A stretch of DNA of 64,000 bases from Squalus acanthias (lineage: Eukaryota): the NCBI GenBank assembly GCA_030390025.1, contig CM059446.1, forward strand, positions 38,440,001 to 38,504,000. Reading direction: 5' to 3'. The translations under genes and the position numbers were made by a program. The notes below the pieces were generated by a model. It had not been told where the DNA came from. It saw only the letters and a program-made list of their open reading frames with translations, and made no database searches. This document shows positions 1-12,190 of the stretch, piece by piece (positions within the stretch are counted from its first letter, which is position 1; each line of letters starts with the position of its first letter).

Positions 1-674
1 ATTTTAGCGCCCTGAAAAAGTTAGCACTCCTGCGCCATAAATTCAGTAGTAGCGCCCCAAGCAGGAGGCGGGGTGTTACTGGAAGCACTCGCCCTCCTTC
101 TTGGGGTGCTACCAGTGAATTTCGTGGCGCTACGTGCAACAGCGCCACGCGCGTCGGCACGTAGCGCCGCGTCATTGCCGGCCTCCCTCCCCTGATTAAG
201 GGGGAGGGCCCTTGCGCTGTGCGCACCGGGGCCCTGCTGGACCACCGGGGAGTGGGGTGCCGGGAAAACAGCCCGGCACTCAAGAGGAGTGCCAGGCTGA
301 GCGATCGCGGCCGGCCCCCCGAAGAAAAAACGGGAAGGGGGCAGGTGCTGGCAGTCGGCCAAATAAAAATGGCCGTCCAACACCTGCCCTTTAAGTAGTG
401 CTGCCGCGGCTGCAAAAACGCCACCCTGATCCTGTCGGACATATCGTCCGGCGATAGGTCAGGGGGCGCAACCCAAGTTTGCGACTAGGGCACTGCGCAC
501 GGCGATGATGTCATCGCCGGTGGCACAGCATCGTGGGGTGCTACCGGCTACCGCCGCCGCTAACCTCCCGCTGAATTTCACGGAAGGTGTTAGCGGCGGC
601 GCGCCTGGGCGCTAGGGGCTTTGTGCCTCCCGGGGGCGCTAACAGGAGGCACAAAGCAACCCAATTTTTCCCCC
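1..674 (-). mobile_element. Harbinger-type GC-rich MITE (family A), cut by the window start
   Basis: Ends in ACCCAATTTTTCCCCC, the family TIR; reverse-complement homolog of the complete copy at 39755-40422. Confidence 0.85.
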
Positions 675-1214
675 TACAGGTCTTCAGAGGGGCACAAATA
701 CAATGGAGACCATGATGCTCCATCTGAGCCAAAAACAAGCCATGGATTCCCCAGCAGTAAATGACTGACATTGCAGTGAGCTCGTGTGTTCTGGATTTTC
801 AGAATGATGGAAGTTGCAGGTAGATTTATGGAGGAGCCATTTTCTGTTACACAATGACCGATTGAAAAATCTCTACTAGCCTAAAAACTATCTTCTTCCC
901 AAAGTTCGCCGCATCTGAACTGATTAAAAAGTATCTTAAATATTAAATCTGAGAGAAAAGTACACAAGAATTTAGTAAGACCATTAATACTCGCAAGCGG
1001 CGCGAAGACTGGTTCTTCCCAGGAAACATAAACAAACCAACTGCTCGCACTCAAACCACACGAGGTAAGTGCACGAGAGGAAATGTCTACCTGCACTGCC
1101 CTTTACATAATAAACGTGCAGGTTAGGGTTCATTCCCCAATGGTATACTCATGGAGTTCACCCACGCATTCTGCATGTGAACCCTGGAATCAGGTAGGTA
1201 GGGCCCAGCACCAG

Positions 1215-1410
1215 CATTACTGCGATCACCAGTCCGTGATCAGGCACAGAATTTTGGAGGGGATTGCACGATACCCTAACAGCAGCCACGATACTTTCAT
1301 TTTGCGTCAATCAACTGTGTCAGCACTGTTTCAGGGAGCAGGCAGAATGAACAGACGCCAATTAGGGCACAAGAGCTCCCCTTTGGAGCCCTCGCTATTA
1401 ACACCCAAAC
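1215..1410 (+). pseudogene. Harbinger (HARBI1-like) DDE transposase fragment
   Basis: YCDH...IARYPNSSHDTFILRQS...LGHKSSPLEPSLLTP resembles the ARYPGSxHDxxILRQS and LGDxGYPLxxWLMTP motifs. Confidence 0.8.
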
Positions 1411-1469
1411 AGAGGTAGTAAAGAAATGAAATTAAGCTCATGCCTCCACTTGAAATCTTTCATTTAATT

Positions 1470-1770
1470 CATTCTGAGGATCTGAGCGTCGCTGGCAAGG
1501 CCTGCATTTATTGCCCATCCCTAGTTGTCCTTGAGAAGGTGGTGGTGAGCCTTCTTCTTGAACCGCTGCAGTCCATGTGATGAAGGTGCTCCCACAGCGC
1601 TGTTCGGTAGCAAGATCTGGGATTTTATCCTAGCAACTATGAAGAAACGGCGATATATGTCCAAGTCGGTATGGTGAGTGACTTTGAGGTGATAGTGTTC
1701 CCATGCATCTGCTGCCCTTGTACTTCTGGATGGTGGAGGTTGTGGGTTTGGGAACATATTCTGGTGGAGC
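1470..1770 (-). mobile_element. CR1-type LINE 3' fragment inserted in the Harbinger transposase
   Basis: gcgtcgctggcaaggcc..catttattgcccatccct..ttgagaaggtggtggtgagc tail, also seen at ~22465 and ~30760. Confidence 0.7.
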
Positions 1771-1779
1771 AGGCAATTG

Positions 1780-1975
1780 GCATATTGAAACAGATTTTGC
1801 TATTTGGACAGACCAGGACCGCACTACAGACTTGAGAAAATGTCGAACGTTATCAGCCTTTGCGGTATCCTGCACAAGTTGGCAATACAGAGAGGGGAAA
1901 CCTTTCAGCGAGAAGACCATGAAGGGCCGTCTGCAGCCTTCACTGAGAAGGAGGAAGAAGAAAAGAAAGGGGCGC
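1780..1975 (+). pseudogene. Harbinger transposase C-terminal fragment
   Basis: LDRPG..Y..EKMSNVISLCGILHKLAIQRG followed by an acidic tract; homologous to the 42881 ORF (CCALHNIAQQRG). Confidence 0.75.
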
Positions 1976-3439
1976 GTGAATTTATATAGCACGTTCCACA
2001 TCCTCAGGACATCTAAAAGCACTTTACAACCAATGAGGAAAAGGAGGATGGAAAACTGGGCTGATGTGCGGTCAGGAAGACTGATCCGTCAATTGTTCAT
2101 TTGTAGGATTTTCCCTTAAAAGTTGCACTTATGGCTCTCCATGAACAGTCCTATGGTCATTTCCATAATATACTGGCTCTTGAACAACATACTCTGCTTA
2201 ATCACCACTGCATTTTCTACTATCGCAGCCTGTGTCCCACCATCTGTAACATTCATATGTCCTTTCTGACATTTAATCTACAAAGTACATTCCAAAGAAT
2301 GTGCAACCAGTTTATTTTCCTACTCAGGTTCTGTGTCTCTGCTTTAACTTTTAGCTTTCGGTGCTCGACCTTGGTGAGTATGTAAGGTCTATGTCACCTG
2401 TTTCCTAGTCACGTGCTCCTTCTAAGTTCCATTACATGTGATGGCCGGCTCCTCAATAGGGACCACGTGACATTGTTTTGATGATTCCCTTTCTTCTGCA
2501 GGGTCATGAAATGGGCCTACAATTACTGGCAGCACTTCAGCCCTTGCTCCTGTCCCCTACCTGCTTCTGCTATAGTCCTCTGAGGGAGACAACTGGGTTG
2601 GGCAAATAGGTCATCATCCTGAGAGATAGATGCCTCATCATTGACTCTTCCTGCCGTGCCAAGTTGCTAGTTGTCCCTTGACGATCACCAGGCATCTGTG
2701 TGGGAAGGGCCACTTGTTTGTTGCTAAAGAATGGGAAGAAGGCTCTCAATTTCTTCTCAAGCCAATCCCCGAGCCTCTTGAGATCAGAAGTGAAGCTCCC
2801 TGTAAACTGAAGCTCCAGGTCTCAATCGTGGCGACACAGGGTTGGACAGCAAAGCTGTATCTACACTGGGACTTTCTGTCCTCGGGGGCTCCCACAGATT
2901 ATGTCACTTCCTCTGTGCTAGACTGCAGGTTCCCCAAACCATTTTTTAATGCCTGCACAGATATAAGAACTACTGTCTATTCTCTGCCATTCCACAGAGG
3001 AAGCTCTGAAGGACGTCACAAAGTTCTTCTGCTGATTAATAAGTTTAGCTCTGCATGCAATCTCTTGTAAAGTATTAATCCATGGGTTCTGCAGAAGATG
3101 CATGTCTGGCCCTTCCTCTTGTTGCTGCTGATCTCCTGTCACCTCCACTTGCTCTTCCTCATTTGTGCCTGGTGTCTCATAAGGTGACAATTCCTGACCC
3201 TCTTCTTCAGATTCCCCTATAGTAAATGTGTGTGAGCTGGTGTTTATGGGGGCTGGAGTGATTGACAGGTACTTGTGCAAGGTGCTGGCTCATCTACATT
3301 AAAGAAAAATATAGCCTGTATTTATATAGCGCCTTTCACATCCTCAGGACGTCCCAAAGCATATTGGGGGAACAGTGCTTGATTGCATGCATAGCACAGA
3401 GATTCATTTCATTTGATTTAGCACACTTTATTCAACTGT

Positions 3440-3700
3440 ACCTCGTCACTCTTCCTCAGGGTGAAGAGTTTCTTCATCTGCTTCTATGAGCTATGGACGT
3501 GGAAGATTGTATTGATTCTGCTGGCTACCTCCTGCCGTGCTTGCTGTACATTGCCTTATATGGGTGTGTTCCACTCAATCCCAGAAATTGAAACCTTTCT
3601 CTGTTGCACCTGCTGCAGCAGCATATCCAGAATCTCCTCATGGAAGGTGGCAGTTTTGGCACTTGGCCTAGGCACAGTGCCACCCTTTTCTCCATAGTGA
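3440..3700 (-). pseudogene. Harbinger Myb/SANT-like gene exon 1 remnant
   Basis: Minus frame FHEEILDMLLQQVQQR...ARQEVASRINTI...KQMKKLF with internal stops; Myb/SANT (trihelix) pattern. Confidence 0.6.
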
Positions 3701-4424
3701 GCCACAACAGTCTGTGCCCAAAGAAAGGAGCAGCGGTCATTTAAAAGTATGAGCCCTTTAAGAGTTGCAGCCCTTTAAGAGCAGCAGCCCTCAAAGGGCC
3801 GCTGCACTTCACATTCCAAACTAACCTGCTGCCATTTTGCTCTTTCCCATTGGAAAAAATGCTGGGAGTATATTACAATTATTTAAATGAGATAATATCA
3901 CCGAAACTGACTGTTGGGGCCATTTTCTGAATCCGACCATTAGGGAATCAACCCTATTATGCATTCTTAATTTAATTGCTGTCCTGTTTAATTTTTTTGA
4001 TATGGGACTTGGGGAGAGGGGGAGAATTCCACTAGCTTCGATGTGCAGCAACATCATAAAATACAGTTGTGAGGATTTCCTGTACTTGGTGATTCTCGTG
4101 AAATCGTATATGTAAAGTATGCTAGGAATAGCACATGGGACAGATCTTCACGAGTGCATTTGCATTATCACTACACAGATCAACAGAGGAATTCTTAATG
4201 CAGGATTAGAAAACTTTACTACTGATTCCCAGGGCCCTGGATACAAGGAACCGTATTACTCTTTCTGGTTACTTTTTAATTAAGTTACTAGAAAGTGACA
4301 GAAAATAAAATTCTCTCCGGTGCGCCCAACTCATGTTAAGCACAGTAGGAGGGAAAATGGGATTCATTTCAGGCAGTACAGGTAGGGTTTGGAGCACAGA
4401 CATCAAAGCTACTTGCAAAATCTC

Positions 4425-4485
4425 TGTTTCTCTCTCCACAGATGCTGCCTGACTGGCTGATTATTTCTAGCATTTTCTGTTTTTA
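4425..4485 (+). mobile_element. Short Penelope-type terminal repeat insertion
   Basis: tgtttctctctccacagatgctgcctgac... flanked by the 12-bp duplication ttgc(a/c)aaatctc (4413-4424 / 4486-4497). Confidence 0.65.
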
Positions 4486-5114
4486 TTGCCAAATCTCCCG
4501 TTTATCCTGGAGTTCTTGGTTCTATATTAAAATCAAAATGGGTACAAGATAACTGCAGTAAGACAGCAGTCCTGCAATTTTCATTTTGAAGCCTTCCTTA
4601 CAGAAACAACCCTGAGGACGACAATAGAAACTATTCTTGATGAAACATCAGTCCCACAGATGTCTTCTGTGGAGGATGATTTCACTTACTGGAAATATTG
4701 TATAATTACTACTGAAATTTATATGGGATAACACCGAGAGCAAATTACATGGTATTTGTATGTTCCATTACAATTTCTAGTTTCATACTTAACTGTGATT
4801 TGTAGTTATTTGTCCCATATGTTTACATTTATGTATCCAGGATGAGAAAAAGCCATCAGGCCCACATGTGCTTACTCCCAGCCTTGAGCTGATTTCATAC
4901 CCGTGCACCAACCCTCCCTTCCCCCCACCCCCGCCACCTCCTGGGAGAAGCTAAATAAAACTCAGGGAGCTGCAGCCAGTTCAGGGGGTGCGCCGTTAAC
5001 AAATTCCTCTCCGACTGCGCTTGGGTAATCAGGCAAGTCCCAGGAGGTCCCAGATCCACGCATTATTTTCGAGAATAATTTACATCCATATGCCGTGATC
5101 ACCTTGTTTTCTTA

Positions 5115-5330
5115 CAGTGTGACAACACTTCAAAAGTACTTAATTGGCTGCAAAGCGCATTGGGACGTTCATGAGGTCATGAAAGGCGCGATATAAAAAC
5201 AAGTTCTTTCTTTAAATTAGTATTATTGCAGCAAAAATAGGAACATTGTAAAATATCAAACTGAAGTGGCATGTTAAGGCACAGGCCGTGAAAGGCGCTA
5301 TATAAATGAAAGTCTTTCTTTTCTTTCTTG
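5115..5330 (+). mobile_element. DeuSINE/L2-type 3' tail fragments
   Basis: cttcaaaagtacttaattggctg...gaaaggcgc(g/t)atataaa tail motif, shared with the SINE at 63231 and the L2 tail at ~11875. Confidence 0.65.
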
Positions 5331-5495
5331 TTTGCAGAAATCAATTTGGTTTCAGCCGATGTGGTCAGATTATTAAGTTATCATTATTAAAATTCTTCAT
5401 CTACAATTAAAAGTAAATGTGTTAAAAATAATTCACAGCCCCATGAAGTCTTTGTGCAATAGTAGTGTCGAAGCAACTACAACATTGGGGGCGGA

Positions 5496-5511
5496 GGGGG
5501 GGGGGGGGGGG
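5496..5511. repeat. poly-G tract (16 nt)
   Basis: Direct reading. Confidence 0.9.
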
Positions 5512-7429
5512 AAGTGAAAATGTTATTGTGATATATTAGCACTCTACATTATAATCAGTTTCTGTAAGGTTATAACTTGCGAGTAACCCATTGTCATCTA
5601 GTGTTGGATCTCAGAGATTCCACTGAGGAACCATTCTCATAAAAGAACTAACGTGGTTTGAAAAACTCTATCCTTTCCTATCTAATTTGAAGATCAAGCA
5701 AACATTAAAGAAGTGTTTTCCTGTACTGAAAGGTGAAAAAGGGGAATAAACATCTTGCACTTCATTACAGTATCAGTTTACATATCCAGGAAGCACAAAA
5801 AGGCTATTTCATCAAGCTAATTGCCTGAAAGTAGAGAAAGAACTTTATCTATTAGTCTATTATGGAGCTTTTCTTAATCACAAATAGGCCTCTGTTTCCC
5901 CAGGGGCGGCGTATTCTAATTTACAATTGAACCACAGACCAAAGTAATCAATCTTTCGCAGCACTTTTACACTGTAATTGCCGTGACATAACAAAAAGTC
6001 ACTCGGGTAAAGTCGGGGATTGAGGTGGAGATATTTACCAGGAATTAGCCTAGGGTGTGAGTAGCCATGCTCCGATGGTATGAATATTCAATGAGGGCTC
6101 ATTAGTAGCAGAGTGATGTTGTGACGGATGGTGTCCCTAGACCGATATGGCCTAAACATGAATTTTATAATGAGTCATATTTCACTACATGTCAACATGT
6201 TCTTTACTTTCTTCCCTCTCACCTCTACCATCTCTGCTTTATCAACACCTCACGATCCCTCTTTATCTCAATGTAATTTATTCTCTCAGCTTCTCTTTAC
6301 AGGAATACAACTTTAGCGAATTGCACTAAGATACAAGCCTGAACGGAATATCAATTAATTTGAATGCAGACACTTCTCAAAATCATTTTTTCAAAAAAAA
6401 AATCAGTGTCTCGCACATTTAGTCAGATGTAGTCTACTTTGATTTATGATGTTATCTCTCCAGTTGATACAGTGGATCACATTAGTGACCTCCTCAAGAC
6501 TGCATTTGGAAATTAAAAACTTCCAGAAGACCCTTGTTAACAGACTAAGAGACAATTAAATGTGTTCCGTGTAGCCTTGCATCGAAGATCAATTTTATTG
6601 CTTCACAATGACTTCCATAGACTCTCACAAAAGACAGCTGCCAAAAACTGGAGTAGCTTTTCAAATGTTACAATTGCCTTCTGAGTGAGAGCTCTTAAAT
6701 ATCTACTTTAAGCTGCATTAGAGATGGGTTATATGTGTTCCGTTTAAGGCTTTTTCATATTCTCCTAATGGAAATGGAGAGAGAGATGTGATTTTAATGC
6801 ACTTTTTCTCCCCAAAAAACAGTACATTAAACTACTACCATCACATCAGTAAAGCACTAGGTTAATTCTAAAATATTCTTGAATTATTGGACTTAAAAGC
6901 ATTTGAAGTGCATATTAGGAACTACATTTAACTAAAGTGTATACAATTTTTCTAAGGACATTTTACTCTTATGCCCATATAAGACACCTGTATAGTACAT
7001 TTCTTCTGAAGGAGCTGTCAAATGTGTACAATGTAATTTAAGAGCAAATAATTTGAAGAATTCCTCAGTGTGTTCTATCTGCAAGCAGGTATATTCAACA
7101 GTGTTCCGATTATGTGTGTAAAGTTTACCAACATTATACATTTAACCATTTTTATTGAGACCCATGTGGACTAATACAATGACCCTGTATGACTATCCCT
7201 CTGTGTGTCCATACCTGGCCAGACTAGCAGCCACAGAATCTTAGCTACATGGGTAGAATTATGAGATGAGCTGAATCAGGATTCATCACTAATTTTTTGC
7301 TGAGGTCCATATGGCCAAGGCCTGTCTGCCCCAGTCCCTATGCAGCCTGACCCCGTTTCCATGGCAGCTTATGTTATGGGGATCGACTTGCTTCCGCTGC
7401 CGTCAGTGTACCTGATCTTGGGCTACTAC

Positions 7430-7530
7430 AATAACAACAACTTTTCACAGAGCGTTATCAAACAAAATTTGACACTGAGCCACATAAGGAGATATTAGGA
7501 CAGGTGACCAAAAGCTTGGTCAAAGAGGTA
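7430..7530 (-). mobile_element. L2 LINE 3' end fragment
   Basis: Reverse complement of cctctttgaccaagcttttggtcacctgtcc seen at ~11600. Confidence 0.7.
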
Positions 7531-9289
7531 CAAAGGCTGGCCTGGCTGAGGGTGTGTCACCTAAAAAAGAAACAAAAAATGACAGAAAAACAAAACTGCT
7601 GGAAAATATATTTTCTGCATGAATGAAGATAGGTAGACGTTTCATAAAATGACTGAACAGTGCAGCTCCTGACAATGGCAACAAATTAAAATCAGCAAGT
7701 AGAGAGCTTGAGTAAAAGAATGTGACAGACGCAAGAGACAAGCAAATAATAAAGGGATAAGATCTAAACCAAAAATCAAGAAAATAGTTCAACTTATCTC
7801 CTTTCCTTTTTTAATTTTGTTTTTTCATTCATCAATTTATCAACTTTTACTTATTCTTTGTGGGTTTTTTCCAATTTTCTCTACGTCTTCATTAATTTGC
7901 TTTTAAACATGTTCTTTGCCTGGTTGTCCCATGGACTCAAGACACCTTTAGATTTTTTACACATTTTTTCTTCCTTTTCCTCCGTTCTTCTTTTCTCTCT
8001 GTTACAAATCTGTTCCCTTGAAGCTGTACAAATGTTTTGCTGCTGTGCCTGGTTCCCCTATTCCACTGCTTCACACTGAATAAAGGTGATGATTAAACAA
8101 AGTGCAAGGGCTCTAGCAGTCAAGTGTGAAAGACCAATATGCGGACTGCTAGCTCCGTGGCCTCAGACAGTTAAGGACTGCCGAGATCTTGCAACGAGAA
8201 AAAGAAATAAGCACACTCTGGAGGTTTCGCAGTCTCACATCATATCTGCACCAATGGGAAAGACCTGGGGCAACCTGGAAGAACTGGCAACATTGTAATT
8301 CAGAACTGAAGGGTCTGGTAGTCTACCCGCCCCTCGTGCTTCGACAGAAAGCGGAGCAGTATGATTGGGGGCGGTGGGGGGGGGGAGAAAGAGTGCAAAA
8401 GGCAAACTGCAGGTAAAGAAAGGCAAGGCCACACATGACCTGTGAGCTGTACTTTTAAGGGTTGCAGTATTAGAGAAGAGAAACTGGAGGCAGGCTTGCG
8501 TTTGAGAAAGTCACACTTGACGGATGAAATACAATACATCTCATTCTGTATGGAGAGTGCAGGTTCGTCATTTTATATGATAACCAAACACATATCGCCT
8601 GTTAACTGGTGCACTACGTCCCGCCCACAGTACACCAGACAGGGCTCACTTAAATAGACTAGTAAGGATTCTTTTACATTTCCCCTCTTCCCATTTTGCA
8701 AACCCCTCCTCTCTAACTCCGCCTGCATTAGGCACCATTCATCAGCATGCGCACGGCACCGGTCTCTAGGCCTTTGTGCTACTCTGTAGCCTGCCTCTTG
8801 AAGTGTGGGAGAGCGACTGACCTACGGGCCTCAGCCACAGAGTTTCCCTCCCACTCCATTGGGAAGTGACCCTCCCCATGCGGAAAAGTTGAGAATAGAC
8901 AGGGTGGGTGGGAATCATGGGTATGAGTTGGTGTCCTACAACTTTAGTAGCCGGATGATTCCACCAGGCCAGATAATTGGATAATGGGAAATGGTGCACA
9001 ACCATCATATCTACACAAATGTAGATTGGTCACCAGGTTTAGTCCAGATGGGTTTTATCTTTGGCAAAATGGCTGTTTGCCATACCCAGCAAGCCACTGT
9101 TGGATCACTGTTCTTTAATTTCAGTAATTCAAATGTGGTTTTACATTCAACTGGCTGGAATCACCTTGGAAGTCAAACTTTCCTAAGGAACTAAAATACT
9201 ACACAGCCCAACTCAGACTCTTACATGCATATTCAAAATTATGCAACAGTTCAACCAATTGTTCTTTAAGGATTACATAATGACGTAGG

Positions 9290-9380
9290 ATAATAGGATC
9301 AGGTGTAGGCCGCTCAGCCCCTCGAGATGGTTCCGTCATTCTTTTACACCATGGCTGATCTGTACTTCAACTCCATCTAT
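9290..9380 (-). mobile_element. CR1 3' tail fragment
   Basis: gtaggccgctcagcccctcgag...catggctgatct is the reverse complement of the tail at 47245-47310. Confidence 0.65.
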
Positions 9381-9687
9381 TTAGTTAAAATAGTTAATTG
9401 TCTATGACTGTTTCTATGCCTCAGATCTGTTAACAATTTCTCATCTCAATGATTTAAACTCTTGTAAATAAGAAAATATCAACATACAACAAAAGAACTG
9501 GTCATTTAGCCCATCAAACTCATTCTTCCACAGACCAAGTACAATCCGCTTGGTCTACTATGGACTCTGCTTAATTTATTTATTACCCTTTCTTACTGTG
9601 TTAAGCCAATATTTACTTAAAATTCCACAACATGTATAAAAATGTTGATGTGCTTTATACACTGTATCTGGAGTATATAGCATCCAT

Positions 9688-10559
9688 GGGAGAGAAATTC
9701 GGTATTGCCCCATTTGGCGAGGTTTAGCGCCTGTCACTAATTATCGCCTCCGTTTGCAAACTTGGCTTCTATAGCCCCTGGAGGTGATTGGAGCGCTAAA
9801 TCAGGTGCTACACACCTCTCTTAAGGCGCTAACGCCGAGGAGCGAGGCACTACCTCAGAGCGCTGGCGAAGCTCATGTGATGTCAGTCAGCAATGGAACA
9901 CAGACACACTGGTGCCGGCCAGCTCTTAAAGTGGAGGGTCGCTCTTGCTCTCCATCCACACCCTGCTCATTGCAGCCTTGAATCTCGGCCTGGAGAGACC
10001 TGTACATCAAATCTGCTGGAAAGAACAATGGAGAAGCTCAGGGAAAGAGCTCAGAGTGCAGCCCCCCAAAGTCTCTTCTAAATTGATGCAAGGAAGGTCA
10101 AATCAAAATGAACCTGCAAAGTGCTGCTCAGTACCCAAAACTCCTTCACACAGCGTTGAATCGCTCCAGAAGTCTCTCTCTCTCTATCAGAATGCGTGGT
10201 GCAAAAATGTCGCCGACAAAAAAAGGCAGGAAGCGGTCGTCTTTAAATAGCGCTCCCCCAGTCCCTTCCCGACTGCAAAACGCTCCCCTCAACCTGTCGT
10301 TGCTAGAGGCAGGCGGTAAGGCAGGGGGCGCCACTCAATATCCGGTCCGGGGCATTACCGGGGCGTTGCACGCTCGACTGACGTCACGATCTGTGGGCGC
10401 AGGAGATCGTGGCGGTAGTGTTTAGCGCCACCGCAAAATGTCTGGTCAATTTTGCAATCGGCGCAAACATCGCCGCACCGGGCGCTAGTTGCTTTGCGCC
10501 CCATTAACGCCCTCTTAGGGTGCTAACGGGAGGCATAAAGCAATCGAATTTTTCCCCCC
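9688..10559. mobile_element. Harbinger non-autonomous element, longer relative of MITE family A
   Basis: TIRs GGGAGAGAAATTCGGT / ATCGAATTTTTCCCCC; flanks cat/cac; subterminal sequence shared with 42014-42672. Confidence 0.8.
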
Positions 10560-10720
10560 CACGTATTTTAAATACCCCCTACATACTGTCAGTTTGACTG
10601 CACAGTGAAGTCCCCAGCTCTGCTATATATTCAGAAGCACATTTCCTGCATGTATATACAATCTAAATTCTACATACCATTTCAATGGCCCTTGCTTCAT
10701 TTAAACTAAGATATACAGTA

Positions 10721-10757
10721 AGGTCTGACGAAAGGTCTCGACCTGAAACGTTAACTC
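10721..10757 (+). ncRNA. Minimal type I hammerhead ribozyme motif
   Basis: aggu-CUGACGA-a-AGGU(cucg)ACCU-GAAA-CGUU-aacu: both core boxes, stem II, palindromic AACGUU in place of stem III, stem I 3/4 paired. Confidence 0.65.
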
Positions 10758-10854
10758 TGTTTCTCTCTTCACAGATGCTGCCTGACCTGCTGAGTATCTC
10801 CAGCATTTTCTGCTTTTATTTCAGATTTCCAGCATCTGCAGTATTTTCTTTTTG
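10722..10854 (+). mobile_element. Short Penelope-type insertion beginning with a hammerhead motif
   Basis: 10-bp TSD tatacagtaa (10712-10721 / 10855-10864). Confidence 0.75.
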
Positions 10855-10902
10855 TATACAGTAAATACCATTAAAGCTGATATTGTTCTCTCATAGCTAA
10901 TT

Positions 10903-11302
10903 GCTTGCATTTATACAGCACCTTATCACAACCTCATGTCCTCCTCAAGATTTCCCAAAGTGCTTCACAACCATTATTTTTGGAGTTCGGTAAAACACAG
11001 CAGCCAATTTGCACACAAGTTGCAAATGAGATGAATGAGCAGTTAATCTGTTTCTTTAGTTGTGGGATGGGTACAAGGAAGGATCCCCTGGCTCCTTTGC
11101 AAGGCGAGCCATGAGATCAACATCCAGATTGGCCGTTGTTCCAACTTCTCACCCAAAAGACAGCAACTCCGACAATGCTGCACTCCATCAGTACTACATC
11201 AAAGTGTCTGCCTGGGTTATGCATACAAATCCTGGGTTGGGGCTTGAACTAAAAATGTTTTGATTTGGGTCAAGAGCACTACTGACTGAGCCAAGCTGAC
11301 AC
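10903..11302 (-). mobile_element. DeuSINE (SacSINE1-like), degenerate near-full-length copy
   Basis: Reverse-complement similarity to 63231-63652, from the tail (ttgcatttatacagcacc) to the head (ctgagccaagctgacac). Confidence 0.75.
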
Positions 11303-11409
11303 TTATGTGCATGTGTGTTGGGGAAGCTGTATACTCACAATAGCAGAAAATCTAATATTTGAAAAGAGGACCAGCTATGTTTCTGATCATGGATCATATA
11401 TTCATTTAT

Positions 11410-11905
11410 ATCTCCTGTCTCTGTAACTCCCCGAGCTCTACAACCTTCCGAGAACACTGCGTCCTTCCAACTCTGGCCTCACTTCCTTCGCCCCAACATT
11501 GGCAGCCATGCCTTCAGCCATCTAGGCCCCAAGCTCTGGAGATCCCTCCCTAAACCTCACCGCCTTTCTCTCCTTATTTAAGATGCTCCTTAAAACCTAC
11601 CTCTTTGACCAAGCTTTTGGTCACCTGTCCCAATGTTTCCTTTGGCTCGGTGTTAATTTCTGTCTGATTCCGCTCCTGTAAAGCGCCTTGGGACCAATGT
11701 TCCCCCTAATTTTAAATTTGGTTGCGTGGTCCCTTTAACGGGCTGCGCGGCCCATTCAAATTTTCGCGCATGCGTGAAATTTCACATTGCAAAAAGCCGA
11801 TCTCGGGCCGCGCGGGGCCCAGCAGATAGCTGTGCGGTCGTGCGGCCCGTTGCTTGGGACGATTTACTACATTAAAAGGTGCTATATAAATGCAAGTCGT
11901 TGTTG
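11410..11905 (+). mobile_element. L2 LINE 3' end, interrupted by a hAT MITE
   Basis: ccttcagc..ctaggccc.aagctctgga..tccctccctaaacc..ccttaaaacctacctctttgacc; tail aaaggtgctatataaatgcaag+gttgttg. Confidence 0.75.
11695..11852. mobile_element. hAT-type MITE (158 bp)
   Basis: Exact 8-bp TSD CTTGGGAC (11687-11694 / 11853-11860); termini CAATGTTCCC...TTG, right TIR eroded. Confidence 0.8.
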
Positions 11906-12059
11906 TATAAATAGTAGCTGTCAGCTCAGACATGGCGCAGATATGGTGCACATACATTCCATAGCATGCATCGGAAGTTCCTGATATGTGTATCTTTTCT
12001 AGGTCCCAATTTGTTCCATGCTTTTTCCAGGATTTAAAAAGAAATCTGGTTTTATTCAT

Positions 12060-12190
12060 TGTAAACTGTTGTATTTCCTACCTTACAAAAGTGACCACAC
12101 TTCAAAAGTACTTCATTGGCTGCAATGCATTTTGGGACATCCTGAGGTCATGAAAGGCACTGTATAAATGCAAGTCTTTATTTTCTTTTA
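12060..12190 (+). mobile_element. DeuSINE 3' fragment
   Basis: tttcctac.ttacaa.agtgac.acacttcaaaagtacttcattggctg...gaaaggcactgtataaatgcaagtc. Confidence 0.7.

Larger units (their letters stand above)
788..3940. mobile_element. Old degenerate autonomous-type Harbinger (transposase on +, Myb/SANT gene on -, convergent) with nested CR1/SINE pieces
   Basis: Transposase and Myb remnants listed below; weak terminal inverted similarity (tctggattttcagaatgatgg / ccattttctgaatccgac); boundaries approximate. Confidence 0.65.
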
